A DNA stretch of 63,858 nt, the filler included, from Intoshia linei (lineage: Eukaryota > Animalia > Orthonectida): assembly GCA_001642005.1 (NCBI GenBank). It is 7 parts of 7 records of this genome, joined end to end, with 100 filler letters (N's around TTAATTAATTAA, not from the genome) between each part and the next. Parts side by side here need not be neighbours in the genome. Positions count along the whole stretch, not along the records: positions 46,279 to 53,366 come from LWCA01001600.1; positions 53,467 to 63,858 come from LWCA01001273.1; 5 more parts are not named here. One strand, 5' to 3'. The notes beneath the pieces are model-generated. The model searched no databases. It saw only the letters and a program-made list of their open reading frames with translations, and was not told the DNA's origin. Positions 46,179-59,608 of this stretch are shown one piece after another. A program made the position numbers and the translations under genes. Each line of letters begins with the position of its first letter. The first letter of the stretch is position 1.

Positions 46179-46849
46179 NNNNNNNNNNNNNNNNNNNNNN
46201 NNNNNNNNNNNNNNNNNNNNNNTTAATTAATTAANNNNNNNNNNNNNNNNNNNNNNNNNNNNNNNNNNNNNNNNNNNNTGATAATGTTTATGATTTTAAA
46301 ATCCGCATCAGCGTATATATTTTTTTAAACTCATTTGATTTTCAAAAAGAAAGACAATAAGATGTGAGTTTTGGAAGTTGAAATTTATTATATTATACGT
46401 CCCGGAAAAAATTGTAATTGAAATATGGTCTTCAAAAAATTCTAAGAGGGCTAGTTATTTCATTAAAGTCAGACACACACACAAACAAAAATCGCGTCGC
46501 ATATTATATAAGTAATCAACTTGGCACCCAACACAGACCAGACACTCTTAACGCCGTCCTTAAAAAGTTAAAGATTGAATAAAATTACGAGATCCATTGT
46601 TTCAGTAAACACACCATTAGGAAAAATGATATAATGTGAATTATTTATTAGAATTTTTTAATAAAAAATTTAGGAGTCGATTTGAGATCACTTTAAGTTG
46701 ACACCGATTTTTTGAGTCGGTTCCAATTATATTATATTGTATCAATTATATTATAATGAAATCATGATCACAAATGAGTCATAATTTATGAAATACTCAA
46801 TCATTGCGTATGGTTAAATCATCTGCAATTAAAATAATAATAGATCAAT

Positions 46850-47690
46850 AGGACGTAATAAAGACATATTTGGGTCTTAACATTACCGATCAAAGATCTT
46901 TTCGCGCTGAGAATCTACTTAACCTATTTAATAACACGAATTATTTATATTTTATTTTTTAAACCCTATTGTCCGAGCGTTTGAAAATATCAATAAAAAT
47001 TTTCAATCTGACAAGTGTGACCCATCCCGATTATTAGATAAGTTAGAATTATTTAAAAAAAATATAACCAAAAGAATTATCATAGATATTTCTATTGATC
47101 CTGAAGATCCCACGAATTCGAAAAGTTTGCATCAGATGGATATTGGTTATTTGCCTAGACAATTTTTAGGATCATATTGGAATAAACACTAATGTACTGG
47201 TGACAATGATATCTTTTTTACTAGGGTGTGTTCTTTAACTAAAAAAACGCGTATCTTTAAATAAAGCAAAGGCAATATCTCCCTTACGTATATTAAGTGA
47301 TACTTATTAAGTAATAAGAATTAATTGATAAAATCGAGGAAGAATGCTGCCAAATAAAAAATATAAATTGGGACCCTACTTTTTTAAATGACACTGAATT
47401 TTTTTGGAAGCATGTTGATGCATATAAAAATGATGTTGGTAATATACCGTTTTTGACTGTGTCTCAATTTGCATTAAGTGTATGTTGCCTTCCTATCAGC
47501 AATGCAACAGTAGAAAGAATATTTTCTAATGTAACCCATATTAAGTCACCCAAGCGTAATAAATTAAGTCTAGATATGGTAAGTTCATTAATTCGGATAA
47601 AAAACCATTTTTAAGTATCATCAATATTGTGTGAAAACTTCGAACCACCTCTTGAAATGATATCTTATGATTCTTATATTTATGAAGATA
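46850..47690 (+). mobile_element. Decayed hAT transposase C-terminus
   Basis: 47401-47614 reads FWKHVDAYKNDVGNIPFLTVSQFALSVCCLPISNATVERIFSNVTHIKSPKRNKLSLDMVSSLIRIK. Confidence 0.85.
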
Positions 47691-49322
47691 ATGTATATAC
47701 ATGAATATTGAATAAATTGTTGAAACATACTTTTCACGTGAATCGAATTAGTAAATATTTATTAAACTCGTTTCTGATTATGTTATTATTGTTATATAGT
47801 TATGTTAATTTACTTTTGTCAAGTAGAATATTTCTTATTAACGCTGCCAGCTCTATTCTTTTTTATTAGTATTGATGTTTTTGGAAAATCAAATTAAAAA
47901 AATTTTCATTCTTTGTTTTTTGTCTTCTTTCTTATGTGAATTGTCAAATCTGGGAATTTTACTATAATTATAATTATTTCTTAATTTAGCATTTATTTTG
48001 ATTATGTGGTTAATAATGAATGATGCAGAAATTGATTTTTTTGGAGAGAGTAGTGTTTTATTTAAGTTTTGAGTTTGAGCCTATTTATAATTATGTAAAG
48101 CAATAATACATTTATTAATTAAATTTTTTTTTTAATTTAAAACTATTCTCGATGGGGATCAAAACAGAAACCTTCCCGTGCAAAATAATTATGTTTGCCA
48201 GTGATCTCCGTTAGTATCTTCTTTAAAGGAAATCAATTCTGTTATTTTGTATTTTATAATAAATTAAAGTTGATAATTTTTATCAATTAATTAAGTTGAA
48301 TCAATTAAAGCTGAATTTGTTGAAGTTATTTCGTAGTCTGCTATTCGTCTCTTCTAATTAATTTATTATGTTATCCCACCAAAGTATTCATACTTCGTTC
48401 AATATTTATAAAATACGTGTTTTTTTTTTAAAGTGTAAATTGACTATTTTGTTTTCTAATCTTTTTATATTATTACTAGCTTGGCAGTTTTGTACTACGT
48501 ACAAACAGCACCTAGCTCTGCTCAGAGCACTCTTTTATTATACCAAAAAAATAAATTCACGTTGAAAATCTAACTTAAAATTCCACTATTTACTATTATC
48601 AATCCTTTGTTTTGTTAACATTTGCGTAAAGAATTTAAAAACAATGATCTCATTTTTTTAATTTATTAGACAGAATGTATGTATAATATTAAAAATAAAG
48701 TAAAAATAGTCCAATCCTAAAAATTTTCATAATTAGCATAAATTGCAGAAAAAATAATATTATAAAAACATATTTTGTCATTTTCAATGTGATGACATAT
48801 ATTCAGTATCAATTTAATAAATACTTAATACCAATTGTGTTATAAATAATTAATTGAATCTTCACTTTATAAATATTTCATTCGAATTTTACCATTATTG
48901 CAAAGGATTGTAATATAAAAATAATATAAGTAAAACACTTGTTAATCAAAATATTTAAAAAAATTAAGGTGATACAGTTTTAAAAAGACAAAATAAATAC
49001 AAATTTTTTCGTATAAAATCTAAAATATAAGTTAAATTTACAAAATATAAAGTTTCGTGTTTGTTTGAAAAATAATAAATGATTGATCTGTTTGAAAGTC
49101 GTCAATGGTTTACAAAAACAATTGCAGTTTGATAAAATTACTGGTCACAGGAGAAATTTCTGGACCACCCAATTCAGAAATGATTGAGTTCTCTTCTTAT
49201 CGTTTATTTTTTCATTGGTTATTAGTTTATTCTTTATTTAGTTTGTCTTTTTTTTTTTAAATTTTTGTTGGTCATGTAGAAATGAAAATTTTACATCATA
49301 TCAATTACTATACTATATCAGA

Positions 49323-49904
49323 CAGAGCCGTCTTAAGCCACTTCGTGGCCCTAAGCTAAGCAAAGGGCGAAGGCCCTTTAACGTTTAAAGCGAAGCGATA
49401 CAAAAAATTAGGGCCCCTTTATAGAAAACAGAGCATTCGGTTGGTTGGAGACTTAGAGTTTTATTTCATTGAGTATTAATAAGTATTAAAAGATATTATG
49501 TAGGTTTCTAGTAACTTTTATTTCTTTTAGAAAAACTTACTTTATAATGAACAAAATTTACTTTTTCATTTGAAAATATGCACCATGCAGTCACAAAAAA
49601 TTCTTGACAATTCTTCACAAATTTTGTTTTCTCACTTTTTCTGAGAGATCAGATATGATATTATCAAAACTGATATCATTCTCATATGACATTAAGGAGT
49701 GCTCATTCAAACGAGGTTGATATTGAAATTGGGCGCCTCTTATGATAATTGAGATTACTTAAGATATGTCAATTAAAATGATAGTATGATAATAATGATA
49801 AATGATAATAGAAGAAATGTAAATTAGTTTTATTAATTTGGGGCCTTTTTTAATGAGTGGCCCTGGGCTACAGCCCATATTGCCCATTCCTTAAAACGAC
49901 TCTG
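49323..49904. mobile_element. Internally deleted hAT element
   Basis: TIR CAGAGCCGTCTTAAG / CTTAAAACGACTCTG; 8-bp TSD atatcaga/atatcaaa. It sits next to a pogo-like end (ggtttgactgta, ~50061-50073). Confidence 0.85.
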
Positions 49905-51181
49905 ATATCAAATACTGTAATTTGGAAAAATCATGTTCATCGTTCACTTACCAGAATTTTAACGATGCATTTACTTGTTTCACAGTAAACTCTTATCTAA
50001 ATAAATTTGAATTTTTTTTTATTCATTCTTAAAGAACTTTACAGAGAATTCATATTATATAGGTTTGACTGTACAGTGTACACTTATTTTAATTTTTATC
50101 AAATGAACGATTCAAACATATGTCAACATTTTATTTAATTTATAATAATTACAATTGCTTGACTTAATACAAAAATTAAAAATTTAATAAAAATAAACAT
50201 TGATAAATCATACTTTTGGGACAATAGAGTTACAATTCAAAACTATACCTAAAATAAATAATTAATACAAACACCCATACATTGTATGTGTAATACAAAT
50301 GTGTATGGCAGATTGACATTTATTCGGATATATTTATATATATATATATATTTATACGGAAAAATTAGGGGTCAACAATACACCAAATAATAAAAAAAGA
50401 TAAAAAAACCATGTGGAAAATGACTTCAAAATAAAAATAAATACATGACGAAATTTAATTAATTTTATATAGTTTATACTTATTTCCATAACCATAATTT
50501 GGCTGGATCGAAATGAAAATCACAATAATACCACATGAAATATGTTTGCATTACCTCCATTTAAGTATTCATAATGTTCAACTTCTTTTATCAATGTTTT
50601 AATATTTTCTAATAATTTAATCACATAATCATTTTTTTGGGTTGAATTAATTCTTTTATTGCCTATATCAAAAAAAGTAAATACCTTGTTAATTTAACAC
50701 ATTTAATGTAATAGTATCATCCATGTGGTAAAAGAGAGAGTAACAATCACTACACTCAATATTTATCTAAAAATACGAACGTACGTTTAAACTTTAAACC
50801 TTAAGGTCTTTTCACCCAAAAAGTGGACACGTAATTACATGATTATGATAATAATATCACGAAAATTTTTAACCATTTGAAAAATGCTTGACAGGTCACG
50901 GGTAATAAATAAACTAAATATAAATTATACATTTTATTTATTTGGACAATTTTACTACAACTGAAAATCAAATCAAACCTTCGTTAAGATATTTTTCTAA
51001 GATTCGAATCTCATTTTGAATTTTTTCGTCATTCTGGTTAATTTTATGTAACAAATTAATACTGTTAAAATTTTCCATTTCAATAAAACTGTATTCTTAT
51101 TGATTGCTAATTCGACCGTTTCCAAGTAACTAATAAAAAATTAAAAGTAAAATAAAAAGGATTGTAAAGTCAAATATACTG

Positions 51182-52014
51182 ATGAGAATGTTTTTAAAAT
51201 TAAAAGTAATCAACTGATTAAAGAATATCAATATAAATGACTACTTTTAGACACATGTTAAAAGTTTTTACAGATTGAAACATGTATTATTTGAAACTCA
51301 AAATAAAAATTGTCTAATTACACTAAATAGACCGGAAGCATTGAATGCTTTAAATTTAAGTATGATTGAGGATATTTCAAATCATTTAAAAGTAAAAAAT
51401 TCATTTTAAAATTAAATGGTGCGTTTAGAAAAATGATAATAATTCCATTGTAATAACAGGTAACACTAAAGCGTTTTGTGCTGGTGGTGACGTTGTTAGT
51501 TTATTCAATGCTAAAGAAGATGACTCAAATAAACTGGCGCGAGAATTTTTTTCCAATGAATACAGGCTAGATTATCTCACTTGTAAATTTATTCAAAATT
51601 ATTTGTCATGCAGTGTCATTTATTTTTAGCAAATTTAATTGTACCTTACATTTCACTCATTGAGGGAGTTTACATGGGAGGGGTACTTGTTATTAGTTAT
51701 TAAAATTTTGATATTAAATTTTAGTTTGATATCATTTGTTTTTTTTGTTTATTTAGGGAGTAGGAATTTCCGTACATGGACCTTATAGGGTTGTAACCGA
51801 GAACACCACTTTTGCTATGCCGGAAACTTCGATAGGTTTTTATCATTTATTGAAGCTTAACTTTTTAGGGTTTATTCCAGATGTTGGCGGTAGTCATTTT
51901 CTGAGCAGACTCAAAAATGGCCTAGGTATGTTTCTAGGATTGACTGGTGCAAGATTAAAAGGTTCTAGTATATATCATGCTGGTATTGCTACACATTTTG
52001 TCAAATCAGAAAAG
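51182..52014 (+). CDS. HIBCH: 3-hydroxyisobutyryl-CoA hydrolase (crotonase family), 5' portion
   Basis: Six short exons: [98 protein letters not shown]. The 3' exons were not found. Confidence 0.93.
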
Positions 52015-52439
52015 GTATTTTTCACATCTTTTTTGGATTTGTCATTATCGTTCACCTAATGCATGGGTTCTTAGACTGAGATGCTAAATTTATTTAAATG
52101 CATCATTTTCTAGATACTTTAAAAAAATGTAGCGCCGCTTTGAAAATAGAGTTACATTGAAACTAATAATTTTTTTAATAATTAATAATGTTTTCATCTA
52201 TTTTTGACAAATTTTTGGCAATTTTGTTGCATACAATTGGTTGAAGCTTAGCAAAATAATTAAGTTTTATTATTGTAGTATAATTAGTAAGATTTAAATA
52301 AGAGCTTTTAATAGAACAAGCAAATTCAACTTAGGTTGATAATATAGATAAATAACAATCAATCTCATCTTCAATCTTCATAGTGATATTATATATCACT
52401 ACATCTTCCCCTCAAGAATATAATCATTCAAATAAGATG

Positions 52440-53366
52440 GAAGTTGAGTAGATCGAGAACGTTTGGTAAGAGATATAGGTTTATATAAATTTTGTTGTTT
52501 GTTTAAAATTGGTTCATTATGAACATAATTTTTAGCATGAAGTGAAGCTGACTTTTAAACCTTGGAATCATAGTTACGTTTGACACGACAATTGTGTTTC
52601 AATTTATGATTTTTTAAATGAAAAAGTAATTCTGATCTAAATTTGATATGCCATAAATAATTTCAAAGGGAGAAATATCATTTCTAGAAGTTGGTAAGGT
52701 ACGTAAATTTATCAATACATATGGTAGCAATTCATCCAAATCTAAAGAATATTGGTTATCAAGAATTCGCAATTTTTTTCTAATTGACCTGTTGTAACGT
52801 TCCATTAAGCCATTTTCATTGTGCATATATGGTTTTGAATGACTTAAATTTATAGATTATGTTTGACACAATTGATTAATTAACTCGCTTTCAAATTGAC
52901 GACCACAATCAGTATGAATCTGAGCAGGCGGACCATAGCGAAATATAATGCAATTAAATATTGTTTACAGCTCGCGCCTCTATCCAGCCCGAAAAGTGAT
53001 CCACCATAACTATTATAAAACAATTTTAATTGTTAGTTTCAGGTAATTTGGCTTAAATATCAATCTGCCATAGTTCATTAAAATAATGAGATTCAACTGT
53101 TTGAAGAGGATTGGTATGTAAATGATTTCGAGATTTAGATACATTACAGTTATTGCATTTTAAAATTAATTTTTTTATATCATTGTACATATAAGGCCAG
53201 AAAAAGTTTTTTTTTGTAGCTTTGAAACATTTGGTTTAATCATTAATCATTAAACATTTCGCATTTCTGTATCACTAAATTTTCTACTCAAATATTCAAT
53301 TGGATGGTTATTTTGTAATAGAACAGCACCTATACCCCGAGAGGATGCATCACATTCTAGAATAAA
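52440..53366 (-). mobile_element. Ty3/Gypsy pol remnant (RNase H fragment plus integrase)
   Basis: FILECDASSRGIGAVLLQNNHPIEYLSRKF (RNase H), GPPAQIHTDCGRQFES, ENGLMERYNRSI, SPFEIIYG (integrase); contains stops and deletions. Confidence 0.88.
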
Positions 53367-53779
53367 NNNNNNNNNNNNNNNNNNNNNNNNNNNNNNNNNN
53401 NNNNNNNNNNTTAATTAATTAANNNNNNNNNNNNNNNNNNNNNNNNNNNNNNNNNNNNNNNNNNNNATTATAATAATAATTATATATTATATCATTTCAT
53501 ATTATATTATTGATGTTTTTATTATTTTAAAAGGTGAGGGTAATATTTTATTGAACTACAAAATGTTTAAAAATATAATCTTATCATTTTAAATAATTTA
53601 TATTATTAATAATAATAATTTATTATATTATGAAAATTAATTTATTAATTATTTTAAATGTCACAGCCAATAAACATTAAAAAATAAGCCGTGTAAAATA
53701 TGGTATTGTAATTTTTCAGTTAATTTACATAAACGTATACACAAAAAATAGATCAAATAACATACAATGCACTATAAAA

Positions 53780-54285
53780 CAGCGGTTCTCAACCTTTTTC
53801 AAGCCATGGCCCAAAAAAGGTTTGTCTAAAAGTAATCGTATTATTCCTCGGTTTTTCACATTCAATTTTGACCTTTTTTTACTAAAAATATCGACCACTG
53901 CTAAAAATCCAGCTTCTACAAGCCATGTTGTAGGAAAAGCAATAATGCTTGGTTGAACATTATCAAACACAATTGGATTTAATTCTTGAATTCCCATAAA
54001 TCCAAATACACCTTCCTTTTCTGTTCGTCTCACTAATTTCAAATCTTTTAAGACTTAAAATAAATAAGTTAAATTAAGTTAGAGTTATTCAGTTAGTTCA
54101 GGACTGGTTTCATCATCTGATTCAAAGTTATGAAGATCTGTAAACCAAAATTCCAAATTCATTATGCATATATAGATTTTGTTATGGTTAGCAATTTTAT
54201 TGCTTCATACACCAAATTTTTTTTAATGTTGAAAATTTTCTGTGAACCACCAAAACTTTTTTGTTGCCCACGTTAAGAACCACTG
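53780..54285 (-). mobile_element. Internally deleted hAT Charlie/Buster element
   Basis: TIR CAGCGGTTCTCAAC / GTTAAGAACCACTG; perfect TSD ctataaaa; internal IAFPTTWLVEAGFLAVVDIFSKKRSKL. Confidence 0.9.
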
Positions 54286-56399
54286 CTATAAAACACCGCA
54301 GTCATAATACTAACTGTACGTAAAAAGTATAGAATATTAATGATATAATATTATTGTTACTACTTGAGAAAAATCACAAATAAAATACTAAAATTTTATC
54401 TATAGTAATATTTATTGACAGAGCCGAACCTACTCAGCTCGAAGTCACCCTGAAGATGAAAATTGGCCTCTCTAATGCTATTGACTTGATATTTTAAAGT
54501 TAACACACAAAATAGTTATGATATTTTAAAATATAATTTTTTAATGCTCAATTGAGAAAAATTATGTATCGCTCATATCCCCCGAAGAGGGTCTCTGGTT
54601 CAGTAGGTTAGACTCTGCTGATTGAATCCAACAAAGTTTCAAAAAAGAACAATATCACAGTGATATACAGTAAAATTTTTATAAAATTCAAGAATAATGT
54701 ATTATTAATATTAAATAATTTATTAATAATTTAAAATTAATATATTTGTCTAATTTATATTATAATATTCAATATAGGAAGTAAATTTGTAAATTGTTTA
54801 GTAATACATTTTATGTCTTGCCGATATTGGAATGTCGAAAGGATGGCTAGATAAAATACAATTATAATATTAATTAATATAATTTAAATTTTCACCTTAT
54901 AGAACGTAATCATTTCATCGTTTATTGTTGATCGCTATTATGTAACACCCATGTTGTATTATTTGGAAAAAATTTGTTAATAAAATTATAATAGCTGGTA
55001 AAGTTAGTGAATATCATTTAATCTAATTATAATATCGTATTATGTATATATATGTATATATTAATCGTGTAATATAATGTAAAATTACGCATATATATTA
55101 TACTAAAAACTATTCTATTAATAGAATGTTGACATTTTCAGAATTTCAGCCGACAATATATACACTAGCTGATCACTTAGCAGTGCGTATGAGCTATAAT
55201 TTCTTAAGCTTTATTATAAAATTTCATAACAATCTACATCTACATCATAGTCAGTAAATTGTATTAATATCGTTATAATTATAATCAGAAAAGGTTTTTT
55301 TATTGCAAGTCTTTATAAGTTTTATGTTGTTAGTTGAAATCTAATTTATGTTATTTAAAATTGTACTGTGCAATTATTTGAATCACACTGATTATACTTG
55401 ATAAAATCAACCTGTATACATTTAAATTAATATAAAATATCTATATAATAGTTTGTAAGTGATTTCAGGGCGTTGAATAATATTTAATAAAATGTAGTGA
55501 TATTTTTATTTTTTAATGTTACGTGTACTTTTTAGATAGTAATTTCAATTAAATTTGATTTTTTCACTGTAAAATTTAAATTTACTAAAATTCACATATT
55601 TTTATATTTTATTTTATATAGTAAGTATTAAATTATGATTTAACGAATCTTTTAACCCTTCACCTAGCTAATATAGTGAAGTTGCTTTTAAAAAATTCAA
55701 AAATGTTTTTACTTTGTATATATATGTATTTTAATAATGTTAATCACTTATTAATTAACTACATTAATTAATATAGTCAAATTGAAACATATTTTAGATA
55801 GTAATAAATAGATAGAAATTTTAATGTACAATTAAGTATAATTATATATTCGAGTATAAACAGCGCTAATTCAATACATTTTAATTAATTTATTAGATGG
55901 TGATTTTTTTAATGAACATAATAATGTTAATTTAAAACAAAGTTGATGATATATGTAAACTCGAAAATAGTTTTATCATCAATGAAAAAGCAACCAGTAT
56001 GAGAAATTATCTTTTTCATTCGAATACAATATGAACTAATACATTATGACAAAAACTATTGGCAGTATTTTATATCATTTTTATAAAACTTCGATATTTC
56101 ATAGAATAATTAAAAAATTAATTTACTAAGTAGTAAAAATTATCATAATGATTGTTTAACCGCAAAATCATTAAATCATGTATATATATCATGTATATAA
56201 TTTATCTGGTAATTAAATTAAATCAGACATAAAATGCATAATTTATATGTATTAAATGTATTTAAATGCATGAAAAATTTTATAGTTAAATTATTTACAA
56301 GAAATAAAAAAAAAATGAAAAATTATATTTGCCACATGATAATTGTTATATTAAGATTTCACAAAATAATTGAAAATAAAAATTGACTTATTATAATAT

Positions 56400-56949
56400 A
56401 TTTAACTCCTAATACACACTGTATCAATTTATTTCAAACTTTATTTCCTGCATTAAAGTCCATACACTTGATAATTTTTCTGGGTGATGAATCATAAAAA
56501 ATGTTTCTAATTTGGTAACAGATAAGATTTGTGGGTCTTCAAGTTCAGACATTATTTGATTTTCTTCATATGTATTAATTTTTCAATGGTTATTGTATAC
56601 ATTGTGTTTTTAAGCAAGAAAACGTTGTGTAATACCTTTGTCTTCATCAAACAAACGAATTAGTTCTTTCCTTTGTAGATGCAGATAAATCTTTTCTTTT
56701 TTTTTTAAATTTTCTTTGTTCATGTTGAAGAAATAAAAAATTTTCGTAAATTACGTTTTGTATACAATAATTGTGAATAACAATTAGAACTTCACTTTAA
56801 TTTGGATAAATCATGTTCATCGTTCACGTAGTATAATGTTCACAATTCATTTACTTTTTTCATAGTAAACTATAAAAAATTTTTTGTTGTTGTTCATTAT
56901 TGGAGAAGTTCACGTTATAGAGAATTCATCTTATAGATGGTTGACTGTA
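56400..56949 (-). mobile_element. pogo-like element 5' end with decayed HTH coding remnant
   Basis: TA|CAGTCAACCATCTATAAG terminus; shares sequence with 49915-50073; MNKENLKKKEKIYLHLQRKELIRLFDEDKGITQRFLA. Confidence 0.65.
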
Positions 56950-59608
56950 TTTATTTATTGTAAATAATATAATTTATTTCCTATTTCCATCGAAAATCAT
57001 AATATTAACTTTATGTTTTGAATTTTTTACGTTTTGTGAACGAAAACTGAAAATTCATCAAATTTTTAAATTTTACTAAAATTTCAAAAAAAGTACTTAC
57101 TGAGTTTTGAAAAAAAAATTTTTACTGAGTTTTACTGTACTGAGTTTTTATTTTGTAAAACTAAGTACTTAATACTTACTGAATTTCTAAAAAATCTAAC
57201 TACTAGTGACTATTACATTATTAAGAGTACTATTCCTTAAATTCTTTATATTATTATTTATTTTGGCTTTTAAGCATGTTTAAATGTTTGATATATAATA
57301 TTTTACTTTAAAAATAGGTTAAAAGGTTCCTTTATAAAAACCACAATAATAGAGCTAAAATTAATTTAAAATAACAAAATATTGTACATAAAATTGTGCA
57401 ACCAAAAAAAGTAACCAAACAAAGATAGAGAATATAAGGCCTAGGAAACGATTGTGAATGTTTTAATATTTTTATAAAAAAATTTCACATTCACTTAATA
57501 ACGGCCAAAGAGCCGTTACCGCTATTTAGTATACATCGACATTCTATATTAAAATTTAGAGGGTATATTATTAATAATCATTTCAAATTAATTTTAATCT
57601 AATAATTATTAAAATAATACAGATGCATCAATATAATGCACTATATCTACCAACTATAATTATTATTAGGAAACATTAGTTCATATTAGAGATTCTTAAC
57701 CGGTGCTCTGCAAAGAAATTTGAGTTTGTTTTATAATTTTTTAAAATTTTATAAAATAGCGTCACAAATTTTCACATTTTGGGATTTACTATATAATATA
57801 ATAATTTATTTACATTAATTAATATGGTCAATTAAACCAATCATCAAATGTTCTTTACTAAACCAAGAGTTGTTAAGTTGACCAAATAATAGTATTTGTT
57901 TATTGTTACTTTGTATTATGTTTTTATTTTTTCGTTTTTTTTCTTATCGAAATTTAAGGTGCGCTTAAAGTACAAAAGGTTAAGAAAGACTGGTTTATAG
58001 TATTTAAAATACTGTAAATATAAAAACTTATTTATTTTGATAAAATTACCCGTTTCGTAAGATTAAACATGTTAATCCATCTTTCCAAAAATGTCAAACT
58101 TAAATTCAGGAGACTATAATTTGTGTTATGAATAAATTGTAAATCAGAATCATGAAAATCAATTAATGATTAATCGAATATCATTTTCTTTCTGTATATT
58201 CATTTATAATTAAAATTACTAAAACAAATACATATCAAATTCAATGCAGTCATTTTTGGCATTACAAATATATATTTAATTTTTGTAAAGATTGTAATAA
58301 TTTTGTTTTTAATTGATTATTAATTCATTTTTTATGTATCAAATTTTAAACAGTAGGTAATTTAAAATGAATAAATATAGTCTGAATCATGAAATCATTT
58401 TAAATTTTTCCGTGATATATTAAATTTACATGTATAGTTAGTAATATCATAAATTGTTAATAAATCAAAATATAATAAAAACTTTAATGAAATCATTTAT
58501 GCAACTAATATCTACATTTAGGATTGCCATTCTATAATAATTGAAAGAAAAAGGAATATAAATTAATAGTTAATAAAATAGACATGTTATTTATCCCAAT
58601 AAAATATTTATAAATTGGATTTTATAGTATTTAATTAATATAAAATAAGATAATCATAATCCTTGAGGTATTAATTGAGGTAAAAATTCTTATAAGCGTT
58701 TAATTTAAAAAGTAAATTCATGATCGAGATAATAAATAGACCAGAATCAAAAGACTAATATTTTCGTCAGTCTTGTAACATTACATTATCTGTTAACCAT
58801 TTTTTTTTTAATATTAAATTTCATATTCTTATGTATATTATTATTATGTCCAAGCCTTTGAAAATTACTTTAAACAATTAGATACACTTTACAACTTATG
58901 GTGTTATTATGATAACAATGTTACGATAATCATAACAATGATGAATACATTAAATACACCACATTTAACGATTTTTATGAAAAGGATTGCATCGTCATTT
59001 CTTGCTTGCACATTTTATAACGCTTTATTTATTATCGATGATAAAAAATTACCGACATTGTTACGCATAGGTAATAAAATTAATATTGGCATCAAAGCAT
59101 TGCGTTGTTGATGGTTTACACTCTACCTAAGTATCATTCATAATAGAAAAACAATTCAGAACAATAATGTAAGAATTTTGAAATTATACCTATAATATTA
59201 TATAAACACAAAATCTTCATTTAACAATCAAAAATCAAATTTATCTTCGTTTAAACATTGATTTCATCAAAGGTATATAACATTTTAATACATAAAAGAA
59301 AAATTTAACTATGAAGTAATGTCAAACCATTGTTAAAACAAAGTGAATGATCTCGACTTATTATTATATTATAATGTTTTTTATAATAAAATTATTTTAT
59401 ATTAACATTTAATATTACTTTAAAGTTAAAAGTCGACATTTTCATTGTTGTATACTAATTGCATAAATTAAACAACAACATTATGCGTTATTTTAGTCAT
59501 TTTAGATAAAACACATTCAAGTAATTTAAGTATTCAAGTAATTCAATTAATATTGTACACTGAAATTTCTGGTTGTAATTGTCGTAAATTTAAAAAATAT
59601 TTACTCAA

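Noticed and set aside
48148-48210. tRNA-like sequence on the minus strand
   Set aside because: Only a degenerate B-box-like stretch; no cloverleaf could be built.
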